A DNA stretch of 64,000 nt. Origin: Eledone cirrhosa. Its lineage: Eukaryota. The notes under the pieces are model-generated. The model did no database searches and had not been told where the DNA came from. It saw only the letters and a list, made by a program, of their open reading frames with translations. Within the stretch, counting starts at the first letter, position 1; each line of letters opens with the position of its first letter. The position numbers and the translations under genes are program-made. Location: the NCBI GenBank assembly GCA_964016885.1, contig OZ024754.1:1178001-1242000 (forward strand), read 5' to 3'. Shown here one piece after another: positions 35,816 to 50,402 of this stretch.

Positions 35816-38800
35816 CTTGAAATATTTGTAAATGTCTGAGAGATTGGCTAAATGTTTTACAGTGTACTGTGCCACTAAACTGCACCATACTAAATCACAC
35901 TACACTACACTACACTGCACTGCACTGTACTGTTCACGCTAACGCTACTGTTTTCTATTTTGCAGTTATGATCAGTAAGAGAAAGGAAGTTATTTCAACA
36001 AAAGCTAAGTATAGTGGCTTCTAATAACCTCTCTTGTAGTTGTCTCGCTAAGAGGGTATCTGTTGCACTTTTCCCAGGCACATAACCAAACTGCATCGCA
36101 TCTAGTTGGACCCTTTCTATAATTAGTTGCGCTAATATCCTTTCTGCCACTTTCACAACCTGATCCATCAGCTTTATTCCTCTATAATTGCTCATGTCCA
36201 GAGCATCCCCTTTACCTTTGTAGCAATTTACGAGAATATTGCTGCAGCAGTCTTTGAGTACAAAACCGACATATATAGCCTGATTTGATGAAGCGTGCAA
36301 CCAGTTTAGTGCCTATGTCCCCTGATGCCTGCAGCATCTCGGCAACTATTCCTGACGGTCCAGCGGCCTTACCATTATTCATTTCCTTAATCGCCTCTTA
36401 GACCATATATTCGTCAATCTGAATAGCTGATCCCTCTGTCAGATGTACTGGGGGGGGGGGGGGTAATTTCTCTCTTTCTCACATTGGGTCTCCACATTCA
36501 TCAGTCTCTCTTAATGACATTTCCAGGCCTTTTTTTTCTGACCAGCCGTGAAACTAAGTATGCCGGCATCATTAAGCAGACAAACTTAATCTCGATTTGC
36601 ACTGACGCACAGCCTCGCAATACGGAACACGGCGCGTCTTTGATCTTCTTGTCGAGCAGCCTCCTTGCGTGCTAAGTACACCTGACCTCTAGCTTCTCTC
36701 TTAGCGGCTGTATATTCTTCTCTACTCGCACTAATTTTCCAAGCATTCCATGCTAGTCTTTAGTCTCCAATGGCCCGATCTACCGTGCTGTCCCACCACC
36801 ATGTCACTCTGTCTGGTTGGAACTCTGATCCAGCCACAAGTTTCATCAGTAACCTGCAGTAAGGTATCGCATAAGAAATTCCAGTTATCATCTATGTTGT
36901 ACGACTCTAAATCGTCTTCTTTTTCATCATACATATATTGAAGGGCTTTCCTAAATTTGTATTTTAGTGAAAGCTCTTTTAGCTTCCAGACCTTTCTTTT
37001 TTCCACACCTTCCTGTATGTCTCATTCAGTCTCTTGCTTACCGAGATATCACTAACGACTAACCTATGCTGTGGGGTACATTCTTCCCCGGGGTATGCCT
37101 TTGTATTTGACACCATCTGCCTGTCCCGCTGCCTAACTAGCAAGAAGTCAATCTGGCTTATGTGCTTGCCTGATTTGTAGGTTATTAGTTGGTTGGCAGA
37201 TTTGTGTAAGTTAGCGTTGTAGATGGTTAGTGCAATTGCATCGCAAAATTCAAGAAGTTTCACTGCTTCATTTCTTAAGCCGTAAGTGTGCCCAACATGT
37301 ACCTCAGTGTCACCATCCTAGAGCTGTCCAACATGACCATTGAAATCCCCTGCTAGCATAACGATGTCTCCGTCCTGTCATTGTGGCTGTTTGTAAAAAT
37401 TTCTTTACCTAGTTTCTTGCCCTCAATTAACCCTAAAACTAGCCGTAACACTAACCGTAACACTAACCGTAACACTAACTTATGCAGGCCTAGGTAAAGA
37501 AGAGAAAGATAAAACAAGGAGTGATGCTTCTTGAATTTTGTGATGCAAGTGTTTTAACCATTTGCAAAACCAACTTCCGCAAACCTGCCAACTGCCTAAT
37601 AACCTACAAATTAGGCAAGCACAGAAGCCGGATTTCTCGGTAGTTAGGCAGCGAGACAGACAGATGGTGTGAAGTACCAGGGTGTGCCCCGGGGAGGACT
37701 GTTTCCCACAGCGTGGGTTGGTTGTTGGTGATGTCTCAGTGATCCTGAGACGGAGTGAGACGTGCAGGAGGGTGTTTATAGGTAAATAGATAGACTGATG
37801 CACAGATATCTGGATAGATTGATAGAGAGATAGATATATAGAGAGCATCATTATCATCGTCTGTTCATCATTTTACGTCCGCTTTTCCCTGCTTGAAAGG
37901 GTGGGACAGGTCCTCTTGAGCAAAGCATCTCTTCACTTGTCACGGTCCTTCGTCATCTCCTTGGTGAGTTTCAGCGATCTGAAGTCAGCTCTCACCACCT
38001 CCACCCATGTTTTTCGTGGTCTTCCTCTACTGCGTCTCCCTTCTTTACCCAGCGCTCAACATCCATGCGCATCACATGTCCATACCATCTCGGTCCTCTC
38101 TTGCACACCACAACTTATCCCTCTTAAACACAGTTTCTCTCTCAACTCGTTTATGCTTGGTCGTTCCCGCACATTGACATTGCACATCCAACGGAGCATG
38201 CTTGCTTCATTTCTCTCCAGCCATCGCATATCCTCTGCAGTTGCTGTCCATGTCTCACTACCATGCAGCGTCGCACATCTCGCATAGGCATCATGTAACC
38301 ACACTTTCGTACGCATATATATATTTGTATATATGTATATATATATATATGTGTATGTATATATATATATATGTATGTATATATTTGTCCTGGGTATGAC
38401 ATTAAACTACATCCAGTGGCAAGGCTCAAGTTCAGGAGGAACTGTGGGGAACGTGGAGTTACCCCCTTAGTTGTAATAACTCCCAGGTCTGCTCTGGCCT
38501 GGTGTAGTAGTACCTGTTAGGGCCCCATTTATAGGTTAAATAATAAGATGACAGATCGGGGTACCCCTATCAAAGGCCTTCTCTAGGTCAACAAAGGCTA
38601 AGTATAGTGGCTTATTTTTCTCTAAGAACCTCTCTTGTAATTGTCTCATCAAGAAGAGGGCATCTGTTGTACTATTCCCAGGCACAAAACCAAACTGCAT
38701 CTCATCTAGTTTGACCCTTTCTCTAATTAGTTGTGCTAATATCCTTTCTGCCACTTTCATAACCTGATCCATCAGTTTTATACCCCTATAATTTCTCCTC

Positions 38801-39045
38801 TCAAGAGCATCCCCTTTACTTTTGCACTAGTCTTTGGGTATGACACTGCCATATATAGCCTGATTGATGTGTGCAACCAGTTTAGTGCCTACGTCCCCTG
38901 AGGCCTTCAGCATCTCAGCAACTATCTCCGATGGTCCAGCAGCCTCACCATTTTTCATTTCCTTAATCGCCTCTTGGACCCTATATTCGTCAATCTCAAT
39001 AACTGGTCCCTCTGTCTGATCTACTGAGGGTAATTTCTCTCTCTC

Positions 39046-39079
<34 letters not shown>

Positions 39080-42000
39080 TGAAAGATTTGTAAATGTCTG
39101 AGAGATTGGCTAAATGTTTTACAGTGTACTGTGCCACTAAACTGCACCATACTAAATTACACTGCACTGCACTGCACTGCACTGCACTGTTCACTCTAAC
39201 GCTAGTGTTTTGTGTTTTGCAGGTATGACCAGTAAGAGCGAGGAAGTTATTTCAAAGGATTTTCGTAATTAAACACTTTTTTTACCATTATTTTAAGGTA
39301 TTATCTCGGGTTTTTTTTTTTTTTTTTTTTTTTTTTAAATGGACCTCTTGATAAGACGAAATGACCTGTATAATTTTTTTTCATATTTAGATGGAATAGA
39401 AGAAAAAGAAGAGAAATGAAAGCAATGAAATTAAGTTTTAGAGAAAATATACGCCAACGACAATGGAGGTATGATTTCAGTTTAATCTTAACCTAATGAC
39501 CACTTTACAGAGTGTACTGGGTGTGTCTTACCTCGCTATGTTTACTGTAAACCCTAGATAACGAATGCCTTGTTGAGTGTTGTGAATTGTGAACGTGAGG
39601 TTGTGTTGTGGGGTTGCTTGGTGAGGTTGCATAAGAAGGGTGTTGTGAGTTTGCATTATGATGTAGCTTTGTGAGGCTTTGTTGTGAATTGATAAATATT
39701 TGAAAACACACCTCTGTCCCTCAACAGCCAGTCAGTCATTTTCTACTAAAACTCATTGATGCGAGTCCCTAGCATTGTATCTGTAAGTACATTATGACTA
39801 TTTTCTCTTGGTGGACTTGACATTCAAAGATATTTGTATATATTTTGTTGATGTTGTTTGTTAGTTAGGAAATTGCTTAAAAGCTACTTTGATCACAGCA
39901 CTTTGTAAAGGCAACATATGTTTAAGATTCTTTTTTCTTTTATTTTTGTTATTCAGATGACAGAGAAGGCAAAGAAAGGCACAGAAGAAAAGAACAATGA
40001 TGATTATTATTATTATTATTATTACTATTATTATTTGTTTTATTATAATCAAAATATGCTGTTAGTTTGCCTGCTATCCCACTACGTGCCTGCTATCGCA
40101 CTCGATCTTTTGTGTACGTTTTATATAATTTATGCCAGTTCCGTTTCTGCATATCGAACATGGCCATTTCCCTGACGGAATAGAGTTTTGTCCTCTTTTC
40201 TACTCATCAACACTCATTCGTGACACAAAGTACAGCGGCATCATTGCAGACAGACTTAATCCCGATTTGCACTGACACACTGCCTTGCAGTACGGAACAG
40301 CGCACGTCGTCGAGCAGCCTCCTTGCATGCTAAGTACACCTGACGTCTAGCTTCTCTCTTAGCGGCTGTATATTCTTCTCTACTCGCACTAATTTTGCAA
40401 GCATTCCATGCTAGTCTTTAGTCTCCAATGGCCCGATCTACCGTGCTGTCCCACCACCATGTCACTCTCTGTCTGGTTGGAACTCTGATCCAGCCACAAG
40501 TTTCATCAGTAACCTGCAGTAAGGTATCGCATAAGAAATTCCAGTTATCATCTATGTTGTACGACTCTAAATCGTCTTCTTTTTCATCATACACATATTG
40601 AAGGGCTTTCCTAAATTTGTATTTTAGTGAGAGCTCTTTTAGCTTCCAGACCTTTGTTTTTTCCACACCTTCCTGTATGTCTCGTTCAGTCTCTTGCTTA
40701 ATGAGATATCACTAACGACTAACCTATGCTGTGGGGTACATTCTTCCCCGGGGTATGCCTTTGTATTTGACACCATCTGCCTGTCCCGCTGCCTAACTAG
40801 CAAGAAGTCAATCTGGCTTATGTGCTTGCCTGATTTGTAGGTTATTAGGTGGTTGGCAGATTTGTGTAAGTTAGTGTTGTAGATGGTTAGTGCAATTGCA
40901 TCGCAAAATTCAAGAAGTTTCACTGCTTCATTTCTTAAGCCGTAAGTGTGCCCAACATGTACCTCAGTGTAACCATCGTAGAGCTGTCCAACATGACCAT
41001 TGAAATCCCCTGCTAGCATAACGATGTCTCCGTCCTGTCATTGTGGCTGTTTGTAAAAATTGCTTGTAAATGCAGAATTTCTTTTCTTTACCTAGCAGCA
41101 GTTTCTTGCTCTCAATTAACCCTAAAACTAGCCGTAACGCTAACAGTAACACTAACCGTAACACTAACTTATGCAGGCCTAGGTAAAGACGAGAAAGATA
41201 AAACAAGGAGTGATGCTATTTGAATTTTGTGATGCAAGTGTTTTAACCATTTGCAAAACCAACTTCCGCAAACCTGCCAACTGCCTAATAACCTACAAAT
41301 TAGGCAAGCACAGAAGCCGGATTTCTCGGTAGTTAGGCAGCGAGACAGACAGATGGTGTGAAGTACCAGGGTGTGCCCCGGGGAGGACTGTTTCCCACAG
41401 CGTGGGTTGGTTGTTGGTGATGTCTCGGTGATCCTGAGACGGAGTGAGAAGTGCAGGAGGGTGTTTATAGGTAAATAGATAGACTGATGCACAGATATCT
41501 GGATAGATTGATAGAGAGATAGATATATAGAGAGCATCATTATCATCGTCTGTTCATCATTTTACGTCCGCTTTTCCCTGCTTGAAAGGGTGGGACAGGT
41601 CCTCTTGAGCAAAGCATCTCTTCACTTGTCACGGTCCTTCGTCATCTCCTTGGTGAGTTTCAGCGATCTGAAGTCGGCTCTCACCACCTCCACCCATGTT
41701 TTTCGTGGTCTTCCTCTACTGCGTCTCCCTTCTTTACCCAGCGCTCAACATCCATGCGCATCACATGTCCATACCATCTCGGTCCTCTCTTGCACACCAC
41801 AACTTATCCCTCTTAAACACAGTTTCTCTCTCAACTCGTTTATGCTTGGTCGTTCCCGCACATTGACATTGCACATCCAACGGAGCATGCTTGCTTCATT
41901 TCTCTCCAGCCATCGCATATCCTCTGCAGTTGCTGTCCATGTCTCACTACCATGCAGCGTCGCACATCTCGCATAGGCATCATGTAACCACACTTTCGTA

Positions 42001-42736
42001 CGCATATATATATTTGTATATATGTATATATATATATATATGTGTATGTATATATATATATATGTATGTATATATTTGTCCTGGGTATGACATTAAACTA
42101 CATCCAGTGGCAAGGCTCAAGTTCAGGAGGAACTGTGGGGAACGTGGAGTTACCCCCTTAGTTGTCATAACTCCCAGGTCTGCTCTGGCCTGGTGTAGTA
42201 GTACCTGTTAGGGCCCCATTTATAGGTTAAATAATAAGATGACAGATCGGGGTACCCCTATCAAAGGCCTTCTCTAGGTCAACAAAGGCTAAGTATAGTG
42301 GCTTATTTTTCTCTAAGAACCTCTCTTGTAATTGTCTCATCAAGAAGAGGGCATCTGTTGTACTATTCCCAGGCACAAAACCAAACTGCATCTCATCTAG
42401 TTTGACCCTTTCTCTAATTAGTTGTGCTAATATCCTTTCTGCCACTTTCATAACCTGATCCATCAGTTTTATACCCCTATAATTTCTCCTCTCAAGAGCA
42501 TCCCCTTTACTTTTGCACTAGTCTTTGGGTATGACACTGCCATATATAGCCTGATTGATGTGTGCAACCAGTTTAGTGCCTACATCCCCTGAGGCCTTCA
42601 GCATCTCAGCAACTATCTCCGATGGTCCAGCAGCCTCACCATTTTTCATTTCCTTAATCGCCTCTTGGACCCTATATTCGTCAATCTCAATAACTGGTCC
42701 CTCTGTCTGATCTACTGAGGGTAATTTCTCTCTCTC

Positions 42737-42770
<34 letters not shown>

Positions 42771-45700
42771 TGAAAGATTTGTAAATATCTGAGAGATTGG
42801 CTAAATGTTTTACAGTGTACTGTGCCACTAAACTGCACCATACTAAATTACACTGCACTGCACTGCACTGCACTGTTCACTCTAACGCTAGTGTTTTGTG
42901 TTTTGCAGGTATGACCAGTAAGAGCGAGGAAGTTATTTCAAAGGATTTTCGTAATTAAACACTTTTTTTACCATTATTTTAAGGTATTATCTCGGGTTTT
43001 TTTTTTTTTTTTTTTTTTTAAATGGACCTCTTGATAAGACGAAATGACCTGTATAATTTTTTTTCATATTTAGATGGAATAGAAGAAAAAGAAGAGAAAT
43101 GAAAGCAATGAAATTAAGTTTTAGAGAAAATATACGCCAACGACAATGGAGGTATGATTTCAGTTTAATCTTAACCTAATGACCACTTTACAGAGTGTAC
43201 TGGGTGTGTCTTACCTCGCTATGTTTACTGTAAACCCTAGATAACGAATGCCTTGTTGAGTGTTGTGAATTGTGAACGTGAGGTTGTGTTGTGGGGTTGC
43301 TTGGTGAGGTTGCATAAGAAGGGTGTTGTGAGTTTGCATTATGATGTAGCTTTGTGAGGCTTTGTTGTGAATTGATAAATATTTGAAAACACACCTCTGT
43401 CCCTCAACAGTCAGTCAGTCATTTTCTACTAAAACTCATTGATGCGAGTCCCTAGCATTGTATCTGTAAGTACATTATGACTATTTTCTCTTGGTGGACT
43501 TGACATTCAAAGATATTTGTATATATTTTGTTGATGTTGTTTGTTAGTTAGGAAATTGCTTAAAAGCTACTTTGATCACAGCACTTTGTAAAGGCAACAT
43601 ATGTTTAAGATTCTTTTTTCTTTTATTTTTGTTATTCAGATGACAGAGAAGGCAAAGAAAGGCACAGAAGAAAAGAACAATGACGATTATTATTATTATT
43701 ATTACTATTATTATTTGTTTTATTATAATCAAAATATGCTGTTAGTTTGCCTGCTATCCCACTACGTGCCTGCTATCGCACTCGATCTTTTGTGTACGTT
43801 TTATATAATTTATGCCAGTTCCGTTTCTGCATATCGAACATGGCCATTTCCCTGACGGAATAGAGTTTTGTCCTCTTTTCTACTCATCAACACTCATTCG
43901 TGACACAAAGTACAGCGGCATCATTGCGGACAGACTTAATCCCGATTTGCACTGACACACTGCCTCGCAGTACGGAACAGCGCACGTCGTCGAGCAGCCT
44001 CCTTGCATGCTAAGTACACCTGACGTCTAGCTTCTCTCTTAGCGGCTGTATATTCTTCTCTACTCGCACTAATTTTGCAAGCATTCCATGCTAGTCTTTA
44101 GTCTCCAATGGCCCGATCTACCGTGCTGTCCCACCACCATGTCACTCTCTGTCTGGTTGGAACTCTGATCCAGCCACAAGTTTCATCAGTAACCTGCAGT
44201 AAGGTATCGCATAAGAAATTCCAGTTATCATCTATGTTGTACGACTCTAAATCGTCTTCTTTTTCATCATACACATATTGAAGGGCTTTCCTAAATTTGT
44301 ATTTTAGTGAGAGCTCTTTTAGCTTCCAGACCTTTCTTTTTTCCACACCTTCCTGTATGTCTCGTTCAGTCTCTTGCTTAATGAGATATCACTAACGACT
44401 AACCTATGCTGTGGGGTACATTCTTCCCCGGGGTATGCCTTTGTATTTGACACCATCTGCCTGTCCCGCTGCCTAACTAGCAAGAAGTCAATCTGGCTTA
44501 TGTGCTTGCCTGATTTGTAGGTTATTAGGTGGTTGGCAGATTTGTGTAAGTTAGTGTTGTAGATGGTTAGTGCAATTGCATCGCAAAATTCAAGAAGTTT
44601 CACTGCTTCATTTCTTAAGCCGTAAGTGTGCCCAACATGTACCTCAGTGTAACCATCGTAGAGCTGTCCAACATGACCATTGAAATCCCCTGCTAGCATA
44701 ACGATGTCTCCGTCCTGTCATTGTGGCTGTTTGTAAAAATTGCTTGTAAATGCAGAATTTCTTTTCTTTACCTAGCAGCAGTTTCTTGCTCTCAATTAAC
44801 CCTAAAACTAGCCGTAACGCTAACAGTAACACTAACCGTAACACTAACTTATGCAGGCCTAGGTAAAGACGAGAAAGATAAAACAAGGAGTGATGCTATT
44901 TGAATTTTGTGATGCAAGTGTTTTAACCATTTGCAAAACCAACTTCCGCAAACCTGCCAACTGCCTAATAACCTACAAATTAGGCAAGCACAGAAGCCGG
45001 ATTTCTCGGTAGTTAGGCAGCGAGACAGACAGATGGTGTGAAGTACCAGGGTGTGCCCCGGGGAGGACTGTTTCCCACAGCGTGGGTTGGTTGTTGGTGA
45101 TGTCTCGGTGATCCTGAGACGGAGTGAGAAGTGCAGGAGGGTGTTTATAGGTAAATAGATAGACTGATGCACAGATATCTGGATAGATTGATAGAGAGAT
45201 AGATATATAGAGAGCATCATTATCATCGTCTGTTCATCATTTTACGTCCGCTTTTCCCTGCTTGAAAGGGTGGGACAGGTCCTCTTGAGCAAAGCATCTC
45301 TTCACTTGTCACGGTCCTTCGTCATCTCCTTGGTGAGTTTCAGCGATCTGAAGTCGGCTCTCACCACCTCCACCCATGTTTTTCGTGGTCTTCCTCTACT
45401 GCGTCTCCCTTCTTTACCCAGCGCTCAACATCCATGCGCATCACATGTCCATACCATCTCGGTCCTCTCTTGCACACCACAACTTATCCCTCTTAAACAC
45501 AGTTTCTCTCTCAACTCGTTTATGCTTGGTCGTTCCCGCACATTGACATTGCACATCCAACGGAGCATGCTTGCTTCATTTCTCTCCAGCCATCGCATAT
45601 CCTCTGCAGTTGCTGTCCATGTCTCACTACCATGCAGCGTCGCACATCTCGCATAGGCATCATGTAACCACACTTTCGTACGCATATATATATTTGTATA

Positions 45701-46414
45701 TATGTATATATATATATATGTGTATGTATATATATATATATGTATGTATATATTTGTCCTGGGTATGACATTAAACTACATCCAGTGGCAAGGCTCAAGT
45801 TCAGGAGGAACTGTGGGGAACGTGGAGTTACCCCCATAGTTGTCATAACTCCCAGGTCTGCTCTGGCCTGGTGTAGTAGTACCTGTTAGGGCCCCATTTA
45901 TAGGTTAAATAATAAGATGACAGATCGGGGTACCCCTATCAAAGGCCTTCTCTAGGTCAACAAAGGCTAAGTATAGTGGCTTATTTTTCTCTAAGAACCT
46001 CTCTTGTAATTGTCTCATCAAGAAGAGGGCATCTGTTGTACTATTCCCAGGCACAAAACCAAACTGCATCTCATCTAGTTTGACCCTTTCTCTAATTAGT
46101 TGTGCTAATATCCTTTCTGCCACTTTCATAACCTGATCCATCAGTTTTATACCCCTATAATTTCTCCTCTCAAGAGCATCCCCTTTACTTTTGCACTAGT
46201 CTTTGGGTATGACACTGCCATATATAGCCTGATTGATGTGTGCAACCAGTTTAGTGCCTACATCCCCTGAGGCCTTCAGCATCTCAGCAACTATCTCCGA
46301 TGGTCCAGCAGCCTCACCATTTTTCATTTCCTTAATCGCCTCTTGGACCCTATATTCGTCAATCTCAATAACTGGTCCCTCTGTCTGATCTACTGAGGGT
46401 AATTTCTCTCTCTC

Positions 46415-46450
<36 letters not shown>

Positions 46451-49400
46451 TGAAAGATTTGTAAATGTCTGAGAGATTGGCTAAATGTTTTACAGTGTAC
46501 TGTGCCACTAAACTGCACCATACTAAATTACACTGCACTGCACTGCACTGCACTGCACTGCACTGCACTGTTCACTCTAACGCTAGTGTTTTGTGTTTTG
46601 CAGGTATGACCAGTAAGAGCGAGGAAGTTATTTCAAAGGATTTTCGTAATTAAACACTTTTTTTACCATTATTTTAAGGTATTATCTCGGGTTTTTTTTT
46701 TTTTTTTTTTTTTTAAATGGACCTCTTGATAAGACGAAATGACCTGTATAATTTTTTTTCATATTTAGATGGAATAGAAGAAAAAGAAGAGAAATGAAAG
46801 CAATGAAATTAAGTTTTAGAGAAAATATACGCCAACGACAATGGAGGTATGATTTCAGTTTAATCTTAACCTAATGACCACTTTACAGAGTGTACTGGGT
46901 GTGTCTTACCTCGCTATGTTTACTGTAAACCCTAGATAACGAATGCCTTGTTGAGTGTTGTGAATTGTGAACGTGAGGTTGTGTTGTGGGGTTGCTTGGT
47001 GAGGTTGCATAAGAAGGGTGTTGTGAGTTTGCATTATGATGTAGCTTTGTGAGGCTTTGTTGTGAATTGATAAATATTTGAAAACACACCTCTGTCCCTC
47101 AACAGCCAGTCAGTCATTTTCTACTAAAACTCATTGATGCGAGTCCCTAGCATTGTATCTGTAAGTACATTATGACTATTTTCTCTTGGTGGACTTGACA
47201 TTCAAAGATATTTGTATATATTTTGTTGATGTTGTTTGTTAGTTAGGAAATTGCTTAAAAGCTACTTTGATCACAGCACTTTGTAAAGGCAACATATGTT
47301 TAAGATTCTTTTTTCTTTTATTTTTGTTATTCAGATGACAGAGAAGGCAAAGAAAGGCACAGAAGAAAAGAACAATGATGATTATTATTATTATTATTAT
47401 TACTATTATTATTTGTTTTATTATAATCAAAATATGCTGTTAGTTTGCCTGCTATCCCACTACGTGCCTGCTATCGCACTCGATCTTTTGTGTACGTTTT
47501 ATATAATTTATGCCAGTTCCGTTTCTGCATATCGAACATGGCCATTTCCCTGACGGAATAGAGTTTTGTCCTCTTTTCTACTCATCAACACTCATTCGTG
47601 ACACAAAGTACAGCGGCATCATTGCGGACAGACTTAATCCCGATTTGCACTGACACACTGCCTTGCAGTACGGAACAGCGCACGTCGTCGAGCAGCCTCC
47701 TTGCATGCTAAGTACACCTGACGTCTAGCTTCTCTCTTAGCGGCTGTATATTCTTCTCTACTCGCACTAATTTTGCAAGCATTCCATGCTAGTCTTTAGT
47801 CTCCAATGGCCCGATCTACCGTGCTGTCCCACCACCATGTCACTCTCTGTCTGGTTGGAACTCTGATCCAGCCACAAGTTTCATCAGTAACCTGCAGTAA
47901 GGTATCGCATAAGAAATTCCAGTTATCATCTATGTTGTACGACTCTAAATCGTCTTCTTTTTCATCATACACATATTGAAGGGCTTTCCTAAATTTGTAT
48001 TTTAGTGAGAGCTCTTTTAGCTTCCAGACCTTTCTTTTTTCCACACCTTCCTGTATGTCTCGTTCAGTCTCTTGCTTAATGAGATATCACTAACGACTAA
48101 CCTATGCTGTGGGGTACATTCTTCCCCGGGGTATGCCTTTGTATTTGACACCATCTGCCTGTCCCGCTGCCTAACTAGCAAGAAGTCAATCTGGCTTATG
48201 TGCTTGCCTGATTTGTAGGTTATTAGGTGGTTGGCAGATTTGTGTAAGTTAGTGTTGTAGATGGTTAGTGCAATTGCATCGCAAAATTCAAGAAGTTTCA
48301 CTGCTTCATTTCTTAAGCCGTAAGTGTGCCCAACATGTACCTCAGTGTAACCATCGTAGAGCTGTCCAACATGACCATTGAAATCCCCTGCTAGCATAAC
48401 GATGTCTCCGTCCTGTCATTGTGGCTGTTTGTAAAAATTGCTTGTAAATGCAGAATTTCTTTTCTTTACCTAGCAGCAGTTTCTTGCTCTCAATTAACCC
48501 TAAAACTAGCCGTAACGCTAACAGTAACACTAACCGTAACACTAACTTATGCAGGCCTAGGTAAAGACGAGAAAGATAAAACAAGGAGTGATGCTATTTG
48601 AATTTTGTGATGCAAGTGTTTTAACCATTTGCAAAACCAACTTCCGCAAACCTGCCAACTGCCTAATAACCTACAAATTAGGCAAGCACAGAAGCCGGAT
48701 TTCTCGGTAGTTAGGCAGCGAGACAGACAGATGGTGTGAAGTACCAGGGTGTGCCCCGGGGAGGACTGTTTCCCACAGCGTGGGTTGGTTGTTGGTGATG
48801 TCTCGGTGATCCTGAGACGGAGTGAGAAGTGCAGGAGGGTGTTTATAGGTAAATAGATAGACTGATGCACAGATATCTGGATAGATTGATAGAGAGATAG
48901 ATATATAGAGAGCATCATTATCATCGTCTGTTCATCATTTTACGTCCGCTTTTCCCTGCTTGAAAGGGTGGGACAGGTCCTCTTGAGCAAAGCATCTCTT
49001 CACTTGTCACGGTCCTTCATCATCTCCTTGGTGAGTTTCAGCGATCTGAAGTCGGCTCTCACCACCTCCACCCATGTTTTTCGTGGTCTTCCTCTACTGC
49101 GTCTCCCTTCTTTACCCAGCGCTCAACCTCCATGCGCATCACATGTCCATACCATCTCAGTCCTCTCTTGCACACCACAACTTATCCCTCTTAAACACAG
49201 TTTCTCTCTCAACTCGTTTATGCTTGGTCGTTCCCGCACATTGACATTGCACATCCAACGGAGCGTGCTTGCTTCCTTTCTCTCCAGCCATCGCATACCC
49301 TCTGCAGTTGCTGTCCATGTCTCACTACCATGCAGGGTCGCACATCTCGCATAGGCATCATGTAACCACACTTTCGTACGCATATATATATATTTGTATA

Positions 49401-50364
49401 TATGTATATATATATATGTGTGTGTATGTATATATATATGTATGTATATATTTGTCCTGGGTATGACATTAAACTACATCCAGTGGCAAGGCTCAAGTTC
49501 AGGAGGAACTGTGGGGAACGTGGAGTTACCCCCTTAGTTGTCATAACTCCCAGGTCTGCTCTGGCCTGGTGTAGTAGTACCTGTTGGGGCTCCATTTATA
49601 GGTTAAATAATAAGATGACAGATCGGCGTACCCTATCAAAGGCCTTCTCTAGGTCAACAAAGGCTAAGTATAGTGGCTTATTTTTCTCTAAGAACCTCTC
49701 TTGTAATTGTCTCATCAAGAAGAGGGCATCTGTTGTACTATTCCCAGGCACAAAACCAAACTGCATCTCATCTAGTTTGACCCTTTCTCTAATTAGTTGT
49801 GCTAATATCCTTTCTGCCACTTTCATAACCTGATCCATCAGTTTTATATCCCTATAATTTCTCCTCTCAAGAGCGTCCCCTTTACTTTTGCACTAGTCTT
49901 TGGGTATGACACTGCCATATATAGCCTGATTGATGATGTGTGCAACCGGTTTAGTGCCTACGTCCCCTGAGGCCTTCAGCATCTCAGCAACTATCTCCGA
50001 TGGTCCAGCAGCCTCACCATTTTTCATTTCCTTAATCGCCTCTTGGACCCTATATTCGTTAATCTCAATAGCTGGTCCCTCTGTCTGATCTACTGAGGGT
50101 AATTTCTCTCTCTCCCATATATATATATATATATCTTGAAAGATTTGTAAATGTCTGAGAGATTGGCTAAATGTTTTACAGTGTACTGTGCCACTAAACT
50201 GCACCATACTAAATTGCACTGCACTGCACTGCACTGCACTGCACTGTTCACTCTAACGCTAGTGTTTTGTGTTTTGCAGGTATGACCAGTAAGAGCGAGG
50301 AAGTTATTTCAAAGGATTTTCGTAATTAAACACTTTTTTTACCATTATTTTAAGGTATTATCTC

Positions 50365-50402
<38 letters not shown>

